From contig JBPGPT010000059.1 of NCBI GenBank assembly GCA_051047955.1, positions 1-52,126 on the forward strand: a stretch of DNA of 52,126 nt, in the 5' to 3' direction. Under the pieces are notes generated by a model. It saw nothing but the letters and a program-made list of their open reading frames with translations. It was not told the DNA's origin and searched no databases. Position 1 is the stretch's first letter; each line of letters opens with the position of its first letter. Made by a program: the position numbers and the translations under genes. Positions 38,119 to 52,126 of this stretch are shown here, one piece after another. Source of the DNA: Cystobasidiomycetes sp. EMM_F5. Taxonomy: Eukaryota.

Positions 38119-38613
38119 GAAGGAGTTTGAGCGTTTCATTGTGCTGGCAGTGCGTAATAAGCGACTTGCTGCGATTGTTGACATAAGAGACGACCCAGGA
38201 CACCTCTGACACACGCCAGCTTTATATTCGAAGAGTGCGCGGATAGGCGCAGATAGGCCGCTCTCCGCAACAGCAGGCCAACAGGCTGACTTAGCATGCC
38301 AGTCATCACGAGGGCGGACCGTTCAAGTAAATCCGTTGATTACATGCCTCGTCTGAAACATGATGCACTCGAAAGCGGGATATTGCATGCTGGACAAGAC
38401 GCAAGTGTCGGTCGTGCAACTGCCGAGACGGAGGTGATTTGCTGAGACAGCCAGCCTTAGCAGCGTTAGTACGACAGTACGATAAGAGTATATGTATACT
38501 ATGTATATGTACTGCTACACAGAGCCGTCAGCGCTTCGGCGAGTGCCATGCTCAGTTACGCAGTCATTTCAGAATCAGTTGCAATACTTTGACGTTGCTC
38601 CAAAGCCAGCGTC

Positions 38614-40322
38614 ATGCAGCCGACTACCAAGAAGATCATTGCGGATGGTGGGTACACCCTGTGCATAGCTGACAGCGTGACTTCATGCACCGGTCGACCG
38701 TGATTGACTTGTCGCACAGTCACGCTCTTTGCGCTGTCACAGGTAATTTGCCCATTTGATAAATCGAATCGTGGCATACACAGCTGATACATGTATCCAA
38801 CGACAAACAGGTTGCCTTCTTCTATGCCTTCGTGAGCTTGGCAGCCGTGCTCTGAGCTTTCGACAATCCTGCTGATCCTGGCGTTTTCATCGGGCGTCGA
38901 ATACTCCAGCGATATGGTGAGCTGGACATGATAGGCGGGATGATTCTATCGGCTCTGATGTTGGTATCATCAGTCATGTCTAGCATGGATCCCGCTGCAA
39001 CTAAGCGGAAAGAGGCAAAGGGCAAGAGCAAAGCAGCCCTCGAGAAGCTGGGATTGACAGAGCCGCTGGATCTATCCGAACATGAGCAAGTACTCATGAG
39101 CGAAGTAATAGCCGCTGAGGATATTCCCTCTGGCTTCTCAGGTAAGTCATCATGAAACACGTCAGGACGCATCAAGGCTGACGCCATCCCTCTGCACAGA
39201 CGTTGGTGGTCTAGACCATATCGTGGACCAGCTTCGAGAGAGCGTCATATACCCTCTATGTGTGCCTCAGCTCTTTGAGAGCGCGGCGGGCATCTACGCT
39301 GCGCCGAAAGGTGTATTATTGTATGGCCCTCCAGGATGCGGCAAAACCCTGCTTGCAAAGGCGCTAGCCAAAGAGAGCGGAGCAACATTCATCAATCTAC
39401 ACGTATCGACTCTCACGGATAAGGTACGCTACGATGCAGCACAAATATGATTCATCAACATCACGCTGAAACGCTGTGCCCATCACCCAGTGGTATGGCG
39501 AATCAAACAAGCTTGTTGCGGCGCTGTTCTCGCTTGCTCGCAAGCTTCAACCGTCGATCATCTTCATCGATGAAATTGATAGCTTTATGCGCGAGCGGGA
39601 TCGTGGTGATCATGAGGTCAGCGGGATGATGTGAGTAGATTAGACTTCCCGACAAGTTCATCCGAGAGACATTGCTGAGCAATCTGTGCGTATACAGGAA
39701 AGCTGAATTCATGTCGTGAGCTTGATCCACTAGTCCAAGCAGACCTTTCCTGACTTTTGCTTAGACTTTGGGATGGATTGCTGACCGGCAACGACACTCG
39801 CATATTGGTTCTTGGTGCAACTAGTTGGTGTCACATCCCCGTTCTGATGACCGACAAGAGTATACTGACGATCGACATGCCTACAGATCGACCAGGAGAT
39901 ATCGATGCAGCGTTTCTACGTAGAATGCCTAAACGCTTTGCAATACGCCTACCAGACGCATCTCAAAGACATAGTATCTTGTCGTTGATGCTCAAAGACA
40001 TTCCGCTTGATCAAGGCTTCAGTATCGATCAAGTTGTCAAGCGGACGGACGGGTTATCTGGATCGGATCTCAAGGAAGCTTGCAGAAACGCTGCCATGAT
40101 TCCCGTGCGCGAATATATTCGAGACAACCGTCTAGCTGCCAATGTTACGGCACTAGACAAAGTCAAGAGCAATGTAAGTCGAGAACACTGCGCATTGATG
40201 CTATCGCTGACGTGATCTTGCAGGGTGTCGCGCTCAGACCGCTGCGGAATAGCGACTTCTCTACAAGCGACGCGGAAGCTCGAGCGAACAGAGGGGTTGT
40301 CTCCGTGGAAGGACTAGACTGA
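38614..40322 (+). CDS. MSP1: Msp1/ATAD1 AAA+ membrane-protein dislocase
   Basis: N-terminal hydrophobic anchor encoded on micro-exons; [78 protein letters not shown]. Confidence 0.95.
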
Positions 40323-41026
40323 TCCGGGTTCGCGCTGGGATCTATGGCATAAACGTAATTAGGACCCAGACTTGCGGCATCTCATCCATAGTCTCTTAGT
40401 ATACAAGTTATCATTGTTGTTGAGACCCAGTACGCAAGAACATGCCAGTCTCGATTCTAATTGCACGGCATTCGCACTTCCTCCTCCGAATTAACGTTCG
40501 CTTCTCTCCACTTCTCCGCATACGTCCAATTACAATGCTGGCAGCAAAGCCTCACTCGCTCATACTACCCGAGAGCAACGCTATGTCCTCGGCAGGCCGG
40601 CAAGCACGCGTCGCGGCAGCACGAACCTCTTCCCTTTGCAAAGCTTTGACCCCGGGCTTTCGGCTTATTGTTCGCAAAAAGACAGCTGACGCGAGCTACC
40701 GCACGGAGCAAGCATGCGAGGTTCCAAGCTGATGAGGACTGATCTGTTCTTTCCAGTCGACTTCTCCCGCCGACCGAAAGAATCGAAGGTCATTAAAATT
40801 GCACACATGGGCATGATAACAGGCTTCGTGCAAAGTGAGCAATGCGGCGGCAGTCGAGACTGTCGCAATCCTCACTCAACCTATCTTTCGCATGCAGTCG
40901 CCATTGTATCGGCAGTGGGTCTAAGAGACGTATTGGGCAGACATTGAACTCACAAAGTCTCCCATTTCAGGCAGCTATATACACGTATGAGGTCAGTCTG
41001 CGTGCCTTTATGCTACACCTGTCTTC

Positions 41027-42449
41027 ATGCTACCAAATCTATGGTTTTTTTTCTGCCTAGCACTTCCAGCGTAAGCCTTTTTTGGCATTCTTACAGCCTT
41101 GTGCTGACTTTCTCATCTAGGCGCTGCTGTGACTACTCCGCCTATCCAGCAGAAGAAACATGAGTGCAAGCCAGCTGTAGGGGCTGCAAAGCCAGCTCCA
41201 GCCAAACCGGCTGCTGGCCAGCAAGGCAACATGACGGAATTCGAACAGCGTATTGCCCAGAGTATTACCGCTGCAAAGGATCTCAAGATCGGTTTCTCTG
41301 GTGCGCCTCGTTGCATTCGGGTACGATATATCATCTTTGCTAACGATGTCCCCTCATGCCAGACATCGCCGGTATTGATGACGTCCTTCAGGAGCTTCAC
41401 GAGAATATTCTTGATCCTTTCATAAGGCCTCTTGTGCTGACCCCGCATCGACTTTATGTAGCGCCAAAGGGACTTCTCCTGTCTGGTCCGCACAGATGCG
41501 GCAAGACCATGGTCGCGAAAGCTCTAGCGAAAGAGAGCGGAGCGACCTTCTTCAACATAGCCTTTTCTGATTTAGCTGCGGCGGTTCGTATTGTGGAGCT
41601 ATTCATTGCTGATTTGCTGACCATCCGTGTGCACAGTTCTTTGGGGAGCCAAACAATCTTATCAAAGCATTGTTCTCCCTCGCCCGTAAAATGCAGCCGT
41701 CTGTCATATTTCTCGACGAGGCGGAAGGCTTCTTACAGAAGAGGGAAACTATACAGAACTCGTATGTTGTCCATATGTGAGCGTACGCAAATCTTCTCAA
41801 CGTCGTGGAGACTGATGGGACTGGATGGTGAACAGGCAGACAGAATTTTTATCGTGAGTACTGTGCATTTGAGACCGGCTTTAGTCGCACTGAGTATCGC
41901 ATTCTTGTCTGCAGCCTCTGGGACGGTCTCCTCAGCGATGGTTTGCGCATTCTAGTTGTTGTTGCTACGTGTCAGTCTGGTTGCCTAGTGCTACGCTCCG
42001 AAGTGTACTAATATAAACGTGCTCTCCAACAGATCGACCCCAGGACATCGATGCCGCTTTTATGCGACGCATGCCACATCACATCAAACTGACGTTGCCC
42101 GACCTAAGCGCGAGAAGACAAATCCTCAAGGCCATTCTCGAAGGCGTTACTCTGGACAAGGACATCAGCATCGACGAAATTGCCGATTGGACCGCCGGCT
42201 ACACTCCTGCGGAGTTGAACGACACTTGTCGCGCTGCAGCCAACACTCCTTGCAAAGAGTTTCGTAAGGCAAATCCAGTTTCACCTTGCAAGTGCGGACA
42301 AGCTATAGCTACAAGCACGGTAGGAATTTTAGAATGCGCAAAGTCAGGTTAATTGAGCAAGCTGATTCCTTTGTCAGGTCGTCAAGCTGAGGTCGTTGCG
42401 CTGCGATGACTTCAAGTTCCGCTCCAGGTCGCAGAGAACCTCAACCTGA
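41027..42449 (+). CDS. Divergent Msp1-like AAA+ paralog; N-terminus and start uncertain
   Basis: [86 protein letters not shown]. Intron positions parallel those of the adjacent MSP1. Confidence 0.75.
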
Positions 42450-42662
42450 TTTACTGTCTCCGCAAGTGGTTTCCGCCACTCGAGCTACCTGCGGCCGTAT
42501 CATAGTTTGATGTCATCTCACTGTTCGTGCAATATCAGCATCTTCCGTCTCATAGACTTGCACTTTCCTGCGTATACATCCACGACGTTTGCCACTGCGT
42601 CACTCGGGTCTGCGGTCGCCTGAAGGACCTTGTACTTTGAGCAAACAAGCGACTGAAATAAA

Positions 42663-44768
<2,106 letters not shown>

Positions 44769-44910
44769 AGACTCGTATGGTTATGGATAGCGTAGGATGA
44801 ACACGGTCATCTCTCAACTTTTGCAGTCGTCGTTGTTGGCCAAGCGGCCTGCGTTCAGTTTATACCAAGCGCAAGCGCAACCATACAGGATGATCAAAGT
44901 GCACTAAAAG

Positions 44911-46609
44911 CTACTTGATAGCGTATTGCTTCACGAAAGAACCATCTGCAACCCATATAGACTGTTTATAAGTTTGCTCATCGTGGTGAAATCCCAGGCA
45001 TTCTGGAGGCGTCTCAAAGACTTCATCCAACAGCCGTGCGCCTTGCCCGGGTGCGAGACTGCCGTCTCCCAGAGTGTCCATCTCGCTCAAAATAGCCTTA
45101 CCGTGTGCCAACGACCACAGACGAATTCTGCCATCACTCCCTGCTACAGCGAGAGTACGGCCGTTTGGGCAAACATCGAATCCGAGATTTGTCGAAAGCG
45201 AATTGATATGGCCGGAAAGGCGGAATATGGGCTCGCTCGTCATCTGGTATCCGTTTGACATGTTGGCTTGTGTATGCCGGATGAAGCGAGTATCGTACAG
45301 CAACATCTGACTGTGTGAATCAAAATTCAGCAAACTGCAGATGAGTGCAGTAGGCGAATAATGCATACCCATCTATCAACGCAACGACAAGCTTGTTCTC
45401 ATTAAAGTGCCGCAGATGGGTCACTGAAGTGGGAAGGTGGAGCAGAGTCTACGAGAGCCAAAGTTCAGCCTCTTTCGCAAGCTACCACGAAAGACGAAAC
45501 GTACTTCATTAGGAATATTTTGCTTCGAACTATTCTGCCGAGTTTGTCTCGAATCGTACAATCTGACTTGCCCGCTCCTTGTTCCAGCAAGCAGGGACCC
45601 ATCTCGGCAATACTGTAGTGCGAAAACGGCACTACCTGTAGGATACGCATACATCTCCGACTGTCCCGCATCGTCGGATACGAGAATCTTCTTGTCGCAG
45701 CCTAGGGAGAAGTGTGCACCGTCGTCGCTGAGCGCTGATGTCCATATAGACGTTTTCCGAGGCTTGAGACATATGGATCTGTACATGCATCACGCTCAAG
45801 TGAGACGACGCGTGGGGGTACGTCAATGAACAGGATGAATCGTACCCAACAATCTCGGAACCAGCCAGGTTGGCGACTTGGACTTGAGCTTGAGGACCGA
45901 AGCTCGTCACGCTGTCAGTGGCTAGAATGAGCGGGAAGTCCATATAAAGCATTGCAGGAAGTGGGAAGAGCTCACAGCAGCCTCTTGTTGCGTACATGCA
46001 GCGACGTAATGCGTGAACCGCACATACGATCTAGCCTCCATGTCTCGGTATTGAAGCCGTGTTGATAGCATGGTCGTGTAGATGGGTCTGCCAGCGAGCC
46101 GTGCCCCAGCAGTCCGGTGTTTGTGCCATATCGCAATAGTGGACCGTCTTCTCCGCCGGCTTCAATTGCAAAGCGGGTGACTGCGTCGCCTACTAGAGTA
46201 TCTGGCTCTCTGGCGGTTACATAGCGGTATGACGATGTCGAAGCGAGATGCAATTTGCTGTGACCGGAATGGATAGTTATGCGCCGTTGTATACAATCAG
46301 AGATGAGTATCCCCACCTTCTCAGCTGCTCTCGAAAGCGTATACCGTCCTGTATGCCGCTGCTGGCAAAGGATCCCAGAAAGCCGTCATACGTAGCCGGT
46401 CCATCAAACTTTCGCGACAGAGTCCGAGCAGCTGCGATTTGAGTGGTCGACAGCGCTATATCTGATCCCTTGATGGTCCTGCGTCCTCCATTCCTCCTTG
46501 GACCACGCCGCTGGGTCTCTGGCGCTACCTTTCGACGACGCTCAGCTGGCGATTCCTTGTAGTAGCGGTTTGTCGCTGGGTCGTAGCGATATCCGGGAAT
46601 GGCGAGCAT
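44911..46609 (-). CDS. WD40 protein, DCAF4/WDR21-like
   Basis: N-terminal IPGYRYDPATNRYYK resembles the DCAF4 family start. WD blades LLAGTRSGQVRLYDSR, MLLYDTR and LAVAGSDGRIRLWSL include YDxR DDB1-binding-like motifs. Confidence 0.72.
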
Positions 46610-46719
46610 CCATGTCGCTGGTATTGAAGAAGATTAGAAGGCTTTGACTGATGATGAACTTGGATATTATTTCATTCGATCAATTGTCAATCTACAAGTT
46701 ACTTCCCAACCACCCGTGC
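46610..46719. promoter_or_regulatory. Very short divergent (bidirectional) promoter region
   Basis: Only 110 bp, relatively AT-rich, between the ATG at 46609 (minus) and the ATG at 46720 (plus). Confidence 0.55.
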
Positions 46720-49060
46720 ATGCTCAGTCGCATTGCCAAACGCTGCGCCGCTGTCTGTTCTGCCCATCCAGCAAAGTCTGCCCCCGCGTTTCTCTCGACA
46801 TCCAGCCAAGTGTGCAAGCCAGCCAGAAAAATGGCAGCGTCCTCCGCGTCCGGCTCGGTCAACAGGACGGCGCACCCCTTCACGCGAGAAGCCTTCGATG
46901 ACTTGATCCGCCAGAGGTTCTTCTACACGCAGGCCTTTGAGATTTATGGAGGTCAGGGACGGTGACGATGGATATAGTATGGGACGGAAAAGACTGAAAT
47001 ATACGATAATGGACTGCAGGCGTTGCTGGTTTCTACGACTATGGCCCTCCTGGTGAGGCGATGAGGAGCAGCTGCATGCTCAATGCAGCTTGTTTTGACC
47101 CATTCCCCTGACAGGCTCGGCACTGCAATCCAACATTCTCAACGCATGGCGCAACCACTTCATCATCGAAGACGACATGCTCGAGATTGACAGCACCATC
47201 ATGACTCTGCACGACGTCCTCAAGACATCCGGCCATGTCGACAAATTCACAGACTACATGGTCAGAGACGTAAAGACTGGCGACATCTTTCGAGCAGACC
47301 ACCTCGTAGAAGCTGTACTCGAGGCTCGCATAAAGGGCGACAGAGAAGCTCGAGGAGCAGCTGCAGTGGCCGTCGACGCCGAAAAGGAAGCCAAGAGCAA
47401 AAAGAAAAAGGTCAAGTCTGTAGCCGTAAAGCTTGACCAAGGTGTTGCAGACGAGTACGAGAATGTCTTGGCTCAAATTGACAATTACGATGGTACCGGA
47501 CTGGCAGATCTCATCGTTCGCTTCGACATCAAGGCTCCAGATACAGGCAACGACTTGACAAAACCAGAAGAATTCAATCTCATGTTTGATTCAAACATTG
47601 GTCCCACCGGTCAAGTCAAAGGCTACCTCCGTCCAGAAACCGCTCAAGGCCACTTTATCAATTTCAATCGACTGCTCGACTTCAACCAGGGCAAAGTGCC
47701 TTTTGCGAGTGCTCAGATTGGGAAATCGTTCAGGAATGAAATTAGCCCCAGACAGGGCCTGCTGCGAGTCAGGTCGGTGTACATGTACCCATATCTTTTG
47801 CGACGCTGACCGTGCCCGACTGCGCAGAGAATTCGTCATGGCTGAGATTGAGCACTACGTCGACCCACTAAACAAGAAGCACGTCAAATTCGCCGACGTT
47901 GCCGACTATAAACTGCGCTTGCTACCGAAAGAGACGCAACAAGCTGGCAAGACTGATCTGCTCGAGATTAGCATCGGAGATGCAGTCTCAAAAGGCATAG
48001 TCGACAACGAGACGCTCGGATACTTCCTCGTTCGTATACACCAGTTCCTTGTGCGGATCGGTATAGATCAAGATCGTTTGCGATTCAGGCAGCACATGGC
48101 AAACGAGATGGCTCACTACGCCGCGGATTGCTGGGATGCGGAAATTCAAAATTCTTACGGATGGATCGAATGCGTCGGGTGTGCAGACCGGTCTGCATAC
48201 GACTTGACTGTCCACAGTGTCAGGACTGGCAAGCAGCTTGTTGTGCGCGAGGCTCTGGCTGAACCCAGACTGGAAGAGAGGACAGTTGCAGTGCTGGACA
48301 AGAAGATTATGGGACCAAAGTTCAAAAAGTCGGCAAAGATTGTCGAAGACACCATTGCCGCACTCGACGACGAGCGATTAAAGTGCATCGCCAGAGATCT
48401 TGAGCAAAAGGGACAATCCGAGATTCAGGCCGCTGATGGCGAGAAGCACATCCTGACACCAGACTTTATCAAGATTGAACAACGAACGGAGAAGATAAGT
48501 AGCAGAGAATTCACACCAAACGTGATTGAACCCTCATTTGGTATCGGTCGCATCTTGTACTCACTGCTGGAACACTCTTTCTGGTCGAGAGAAGATGATG
48601 TAAATCGCCGAGTACTGTCACTACCTCCGTCTGTAGCACCTATCAAGTGCTTGATTGTTCCGATTTCCAATAACGAAGCTTTCCGCCCGCTCTTAGCAGA
48701 AGTTTGTGAGTCGAGCTCGTGGTGCTTTCCGCTACAGGCATACCGTCTAACATTGTATCCCAAATTCCAGCTAAAAAGCTCCGCTCGACTGGAGTATCAT
48801 GCCGCGTCGATGACTCGGGAGCGTCCATCGGCAAGCGATATTCCCGGAATGACGAGCTTGGAACGCCTTTCGGTGTGACTATTGATTTCGCATCAGTCAA
48901 GAACGGCACAATCACCTTACGTGACCGCGATACTACCACGCAGCTCATTGGAAGTCTCGATGAGGTGCTAGCAGTAGTGCAAGAACTGTGCTCTTTCCAG
49001 ATCAACTGGGATGACGCGACGAAACGTTTGCAAGCGTATACCGGAGAGCAGGACGTGTAG
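46720..49060 (+). CDS. GRS1: Glycyl-tRNA synthetase (alpha2 type), probably both mitochondrial and cytosolic
   Basis: [109 protein letters not shown]. Confidence 0.98.
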
Positions 49061-49801
49061 ACCAAGCATATCACATCAAAGTCGTTCACATAAGCTGCTC
49101 GTATTGGAGGCTCCCGAGCGCGTATATCTCCGAAGTGCAAGCAGATCAGAGACGCGACTTCACAACTGACAAGACGTCTTTCTGATGGATCCGTTCCATA
49201 AGTCCAATGATTGCTACTTACTGATGAGTTTCCCCACAGCGTTGGGCAATCCTTATTTACACAGGAATGCGGTACCTGAAATGCGCATCACTTTACGCGA
49301 CTGTTTCGCCACCATATCGCCCAGTCCGACAAACGACTTGTGCTGTGCGGAATGCTGGGGTTATAGGCGGCAGCGCCAACGTGCACTGGCATGCTACGCC
49401 GCGCTAGATGATGCAGTCCTTGCACTACAAATCTTCGAATTCGTGCTGCCAGCATGCCTGGTAAATAATCGATAATTAACCGTGCTGCTTCTGACTTACA
49501 GGCTGCCTATCCTTGTATTCACGCTCACTACCCTCTCGTACTTGCTGCGACACTTTCGACTTCTGCACTTTCTCTCTTTGCTTTGCTCACTTGTTTTATC
49601 GTATTCTTTCAGCCTGTTATACTTTCAACCGTTCTCACTGGCATACGCCCACAGTCTCTTCGACATACAGTAGCTTCGACGTTACAGCTTCTCAGCATTA
49701 CAACACGCTCCTTAGCAGCTCAATACCCACTTAGAAGACGCGCTCCGCACATTCGCGTCACCACTGTTTTACAATCATCTGGATCACACACTTCACTCAA
49801 G

Positions 49802-51720
49802 ATGGCTGGCATCCTTTCCCTCATACTCGCGACAACGATGGTCGCAGCCGCGACGAACAACCATGAGCCGCGTATCAAGCAGACCTTTCCGCTCATGCAA
49901 AAGTTTGGCAGTCTCGATGGGCTCATCGAACGCGAGCATGTCCGACAACTCCGACAGACTGCCATCCTGTATGGCGAAGACCCTTCCTCCATTCTCAGTA
50001 CCCGAGCTATCGTCGACCTGCCTGCGTGAGTGACGTATCAATGAATCAGGTGCTCACGCCAGAGCTGATGTAACGCGTAAAAACAGAGACAATGGTTTTG
50101 ATGGCTACTACGCAACTATTGGCGTAGGCAGCCAAACTTTCACTACACTTCTCGTTGATACAGGGGTGGGCTGTCTTTCCGCTTCAATGATATTCGCGTC
50201 GACACACATGCTGACATGCACGTGTTAAACCCCGCAGAGCGCAAATACTTGGATCAATGTGACTACTCCTTTTACCCAAGGCGTGACTGTAGAATACCAG
50301 CCCGGCTCAACTGCGACCAAAACGCCCTATAATTTCAAGCTTATATACGGAATTGGTCAGATTCGCGGCGACCAGTACACCGATACTGTCAAAATTCATG
50401 GTTCGAACGGCGTCACGCTGACTGCCACCAACCAAGGCATCGGAGCTGCGAAGCAACAGTCTGGATTTGACGGTAGCAACGGTGTACTGGCCCTTGGACC
50501 GACTGCCGGTGGCGAAAACACGATCTACAATGCCGATGGTTCTGCTGCCAATGTCGTCTACCCCACCATTGTCGACACACTCTTCAGCGAGGGCCAAATT
50601 CCCGCTCGCAAAGTCGGACTGTCCTTTGTACCCACGACTTCTGGCAATGGCGGCAACAAGATTGTCGGCGCCGGAACAATTACTTTCGGCGGAGTCAACC
50701 CTGCTGATTACATTGGCACTATCAAGTAAATCGTTTTCACTCAACAGACCTCCTAGAGTGCGAAGACTGATTGCGCTGCTTTACTAGCTACTTTCCTCGA
50801 GTCTCAGTGTCCGGCTACGACAAGTACTGGGGCATCTCGGTCGACTCTGTGACATATCAACATGAAGGCACACACGGTCGGGAAGCAGTCGATAGCCTTG
50901 CCAGCGCATCAAAGCTGGGCTTCGTGAGTTGCGCATCGAGTACGAAACTGATGATGAAGTCGCTGATGAGTCTGCATTATCTTACCCCAGATTGACAGCG
51001 GCACCACTCTCGCATATCTCCCTACCGACGTCTACAATCAGTACGTCGCCCTCACTGGCGCCTACATTAATCAGGACTCTGGCCTTCTCGTCATCCCGTC
51101 CGCAAACGTACCAGAGATGGGCAATATGACAATGACCATTGCTGGTCAAGACTACATTCTTACTCCCTCCGCACAACTCATGCCTAGTGAAATATCTGCC
51201 TTGTTTAGTAATGGCGCGACTCCCGACCAATCTGGCGGTACGTGCTACTCAAAATAAACCTGGACTCGCATATCCGGAAAGAGGCTGATGTTTGTAAATT
51301 GTGACAGAATACCTGTCCATCTTTGGAGAATCCTTCTTTGACGATGGCAATACGTTTGTCCTCGGCATGCTCTTCCTCGAGCGATGTAAGCATCGCTTCA
51401 GGCCTGCTCCTCATATTTGACATTGGATGCTTATTCAATTGATGCTATTGCAGTCTATTCCGTCTTTGACTCTGACAACGGCCTCGTAAGTCATGTCTTC
51501 AAAATTTGCACTCTCACGGCTGGCTTTGCTGAAAGCAGTTATTGTAATATAGATTGGACTGGCCGAGACACCCTACACATACGACAAGACGACTGAGCTC
51601 ACGTCGTTCCGTCGAACAAAACGAGCTCATCGAGAGCGGACAAAGCGGACCGAATGGATGGACGGCAAATCGAGATTGTCCGCCCTTTCTGCGCGATCTC
51701 CCTTCTTCCTCGCCAAATAG
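49802..51720 (+). CDS. Secreted A1 pepsin-like aspartic protease (polyporopepsin-like)
   Basis: Signal peptide MAGILSLILATTMVAAA plus propeptide; LLVDTG|SANTW, flap IYGIG, NGVLALGP, GTITFGG, YWGI, GF|IDSGTTL, FVLGMLFLER, YSVFD. Confidence 0.93.
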
Positions 51721-51998
51721 AAAACAGGACGCAAAACAAGAACCCCGTAGAAATTCATCTGTGAATCCCTCTCCTCACGCAGTGCTTCCTTCCCTAGGAC
51801 TCTTAAGTTTTTGCAGTTCATCAATTGGACGTTGTTTGCTTAATTCCACACTCATTATTGCTAATCCATTCTTTATCTCCGTCATGGTGCGGCTGTTTGA
51901 CATTTTTGCGCATGAATACTTGTGCAACACGCTCGCGGTATGCTAGCCTACGTCGCCACGCTTGTCTAGAATATGATTAAGCATGGCGCCATTTTGCT

Positions 51999-52126
51999 CC
52001 CATTCGCAATGCAGCGATGGTACAACGCCATGTCTTGCCCATTCGCAATGCAGCGATGGTACAACGCCATGTCTTGCCCATTTGCACTGCAGCGATGGGA
52101 CGACGCCATGTCTTGCCCATTTGCAC
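51999..52126. repeat. 39-bp tandem repeat (minisatellite), at least 3.3 units, truncated by the window end
   Basis: Unit cccattcgcaatgcagcgatggtacaacgccatgtcttg starts at 51999, 52038, 52077 and 52116. Units 1 and 2 are identical; unit 3 differs at 4 positions. Confidence 0.97.

Noticed and set aside
40729..40795. Hammerhead-ribozyme-like core (CTGATGAG ... CGAAA ... GTC)
   Set aside because: The GACTG/CAGTC hairpin is followed by GAC rather than GAAA, and stems I and III cannot be formed.
49482..49673. Leu/Phe-rich short ORF upstream of the protease
   Set aside because: It starts at GTG and its composition is explained by a pyrimidine-rich promoter/5'UTR tract.
51978..52126. Lipopeptide pheromone precursor: one minus-strand frame gives MGKTWRCTIAALR repeats containing the CaaX-like CTIA
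   Set aside because: The frame ends MGAKWRHA-stop without a terminal CaaX, one unit lacks the Cys (RRPIA), and unit differences are non-synonymous in this frame.
51999..52126. CRISPR-like array
   Set aside because: The units are directly adjacent with no unique spacers, the context is eukaryotic, and there are no cas genes.

Overview
Intron-rich, very gene-dense fungal DNA with short introns, micro-exons and intergenic gaps of roughly 100-800 bp. It is most consistent with a compact basidiomycete, probably a Pucciniomycotina-type yeast (inference from gene architecture only). About 22 protein genes were reconstructed by splicing the ORF fragments by hand: histone H4 (truncated), a C2H2 transcription factor, Dopey/DOP1, TAF2 with three C-terminal bromodomains, a 3-dehydroshikimate dehydratase-like TIM barrel, an orphan ORF resembling CheD/CNF1-type deamidases, an HhH-GPD-like protein, a secreted/anchored PEBP, a tandem triplet of an unrecognised two-domain family (one copy frameshifted), CAF-1 subunit Cac2, a Sur7/PalI protein, an MFS transporter, a DUF3140 protein, two tandem Ure2/nu-class GSTs, Msp1 plus a divergent tandem paralog, phosphoglucomutase, a DCAF4-like WD40 protein, a probably dual-targeted glycyl-tRNA synthetase and an A1 aspartic protease. 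A 39-bp tandem repeat runs off the window end. The most interesting candidates are the CheD-like Cys/His deamidase-fold ORF (18.5-19.0 kb), the unrecognised tandem family (21.6-27.3 kb), the TAF2-triple-bromodomain fusion and the altered Msp1 paralog. No tRNA, rRNA, CRISPR array or intact transposon was recognised. All family assignments come from motif recognition, not database searches.
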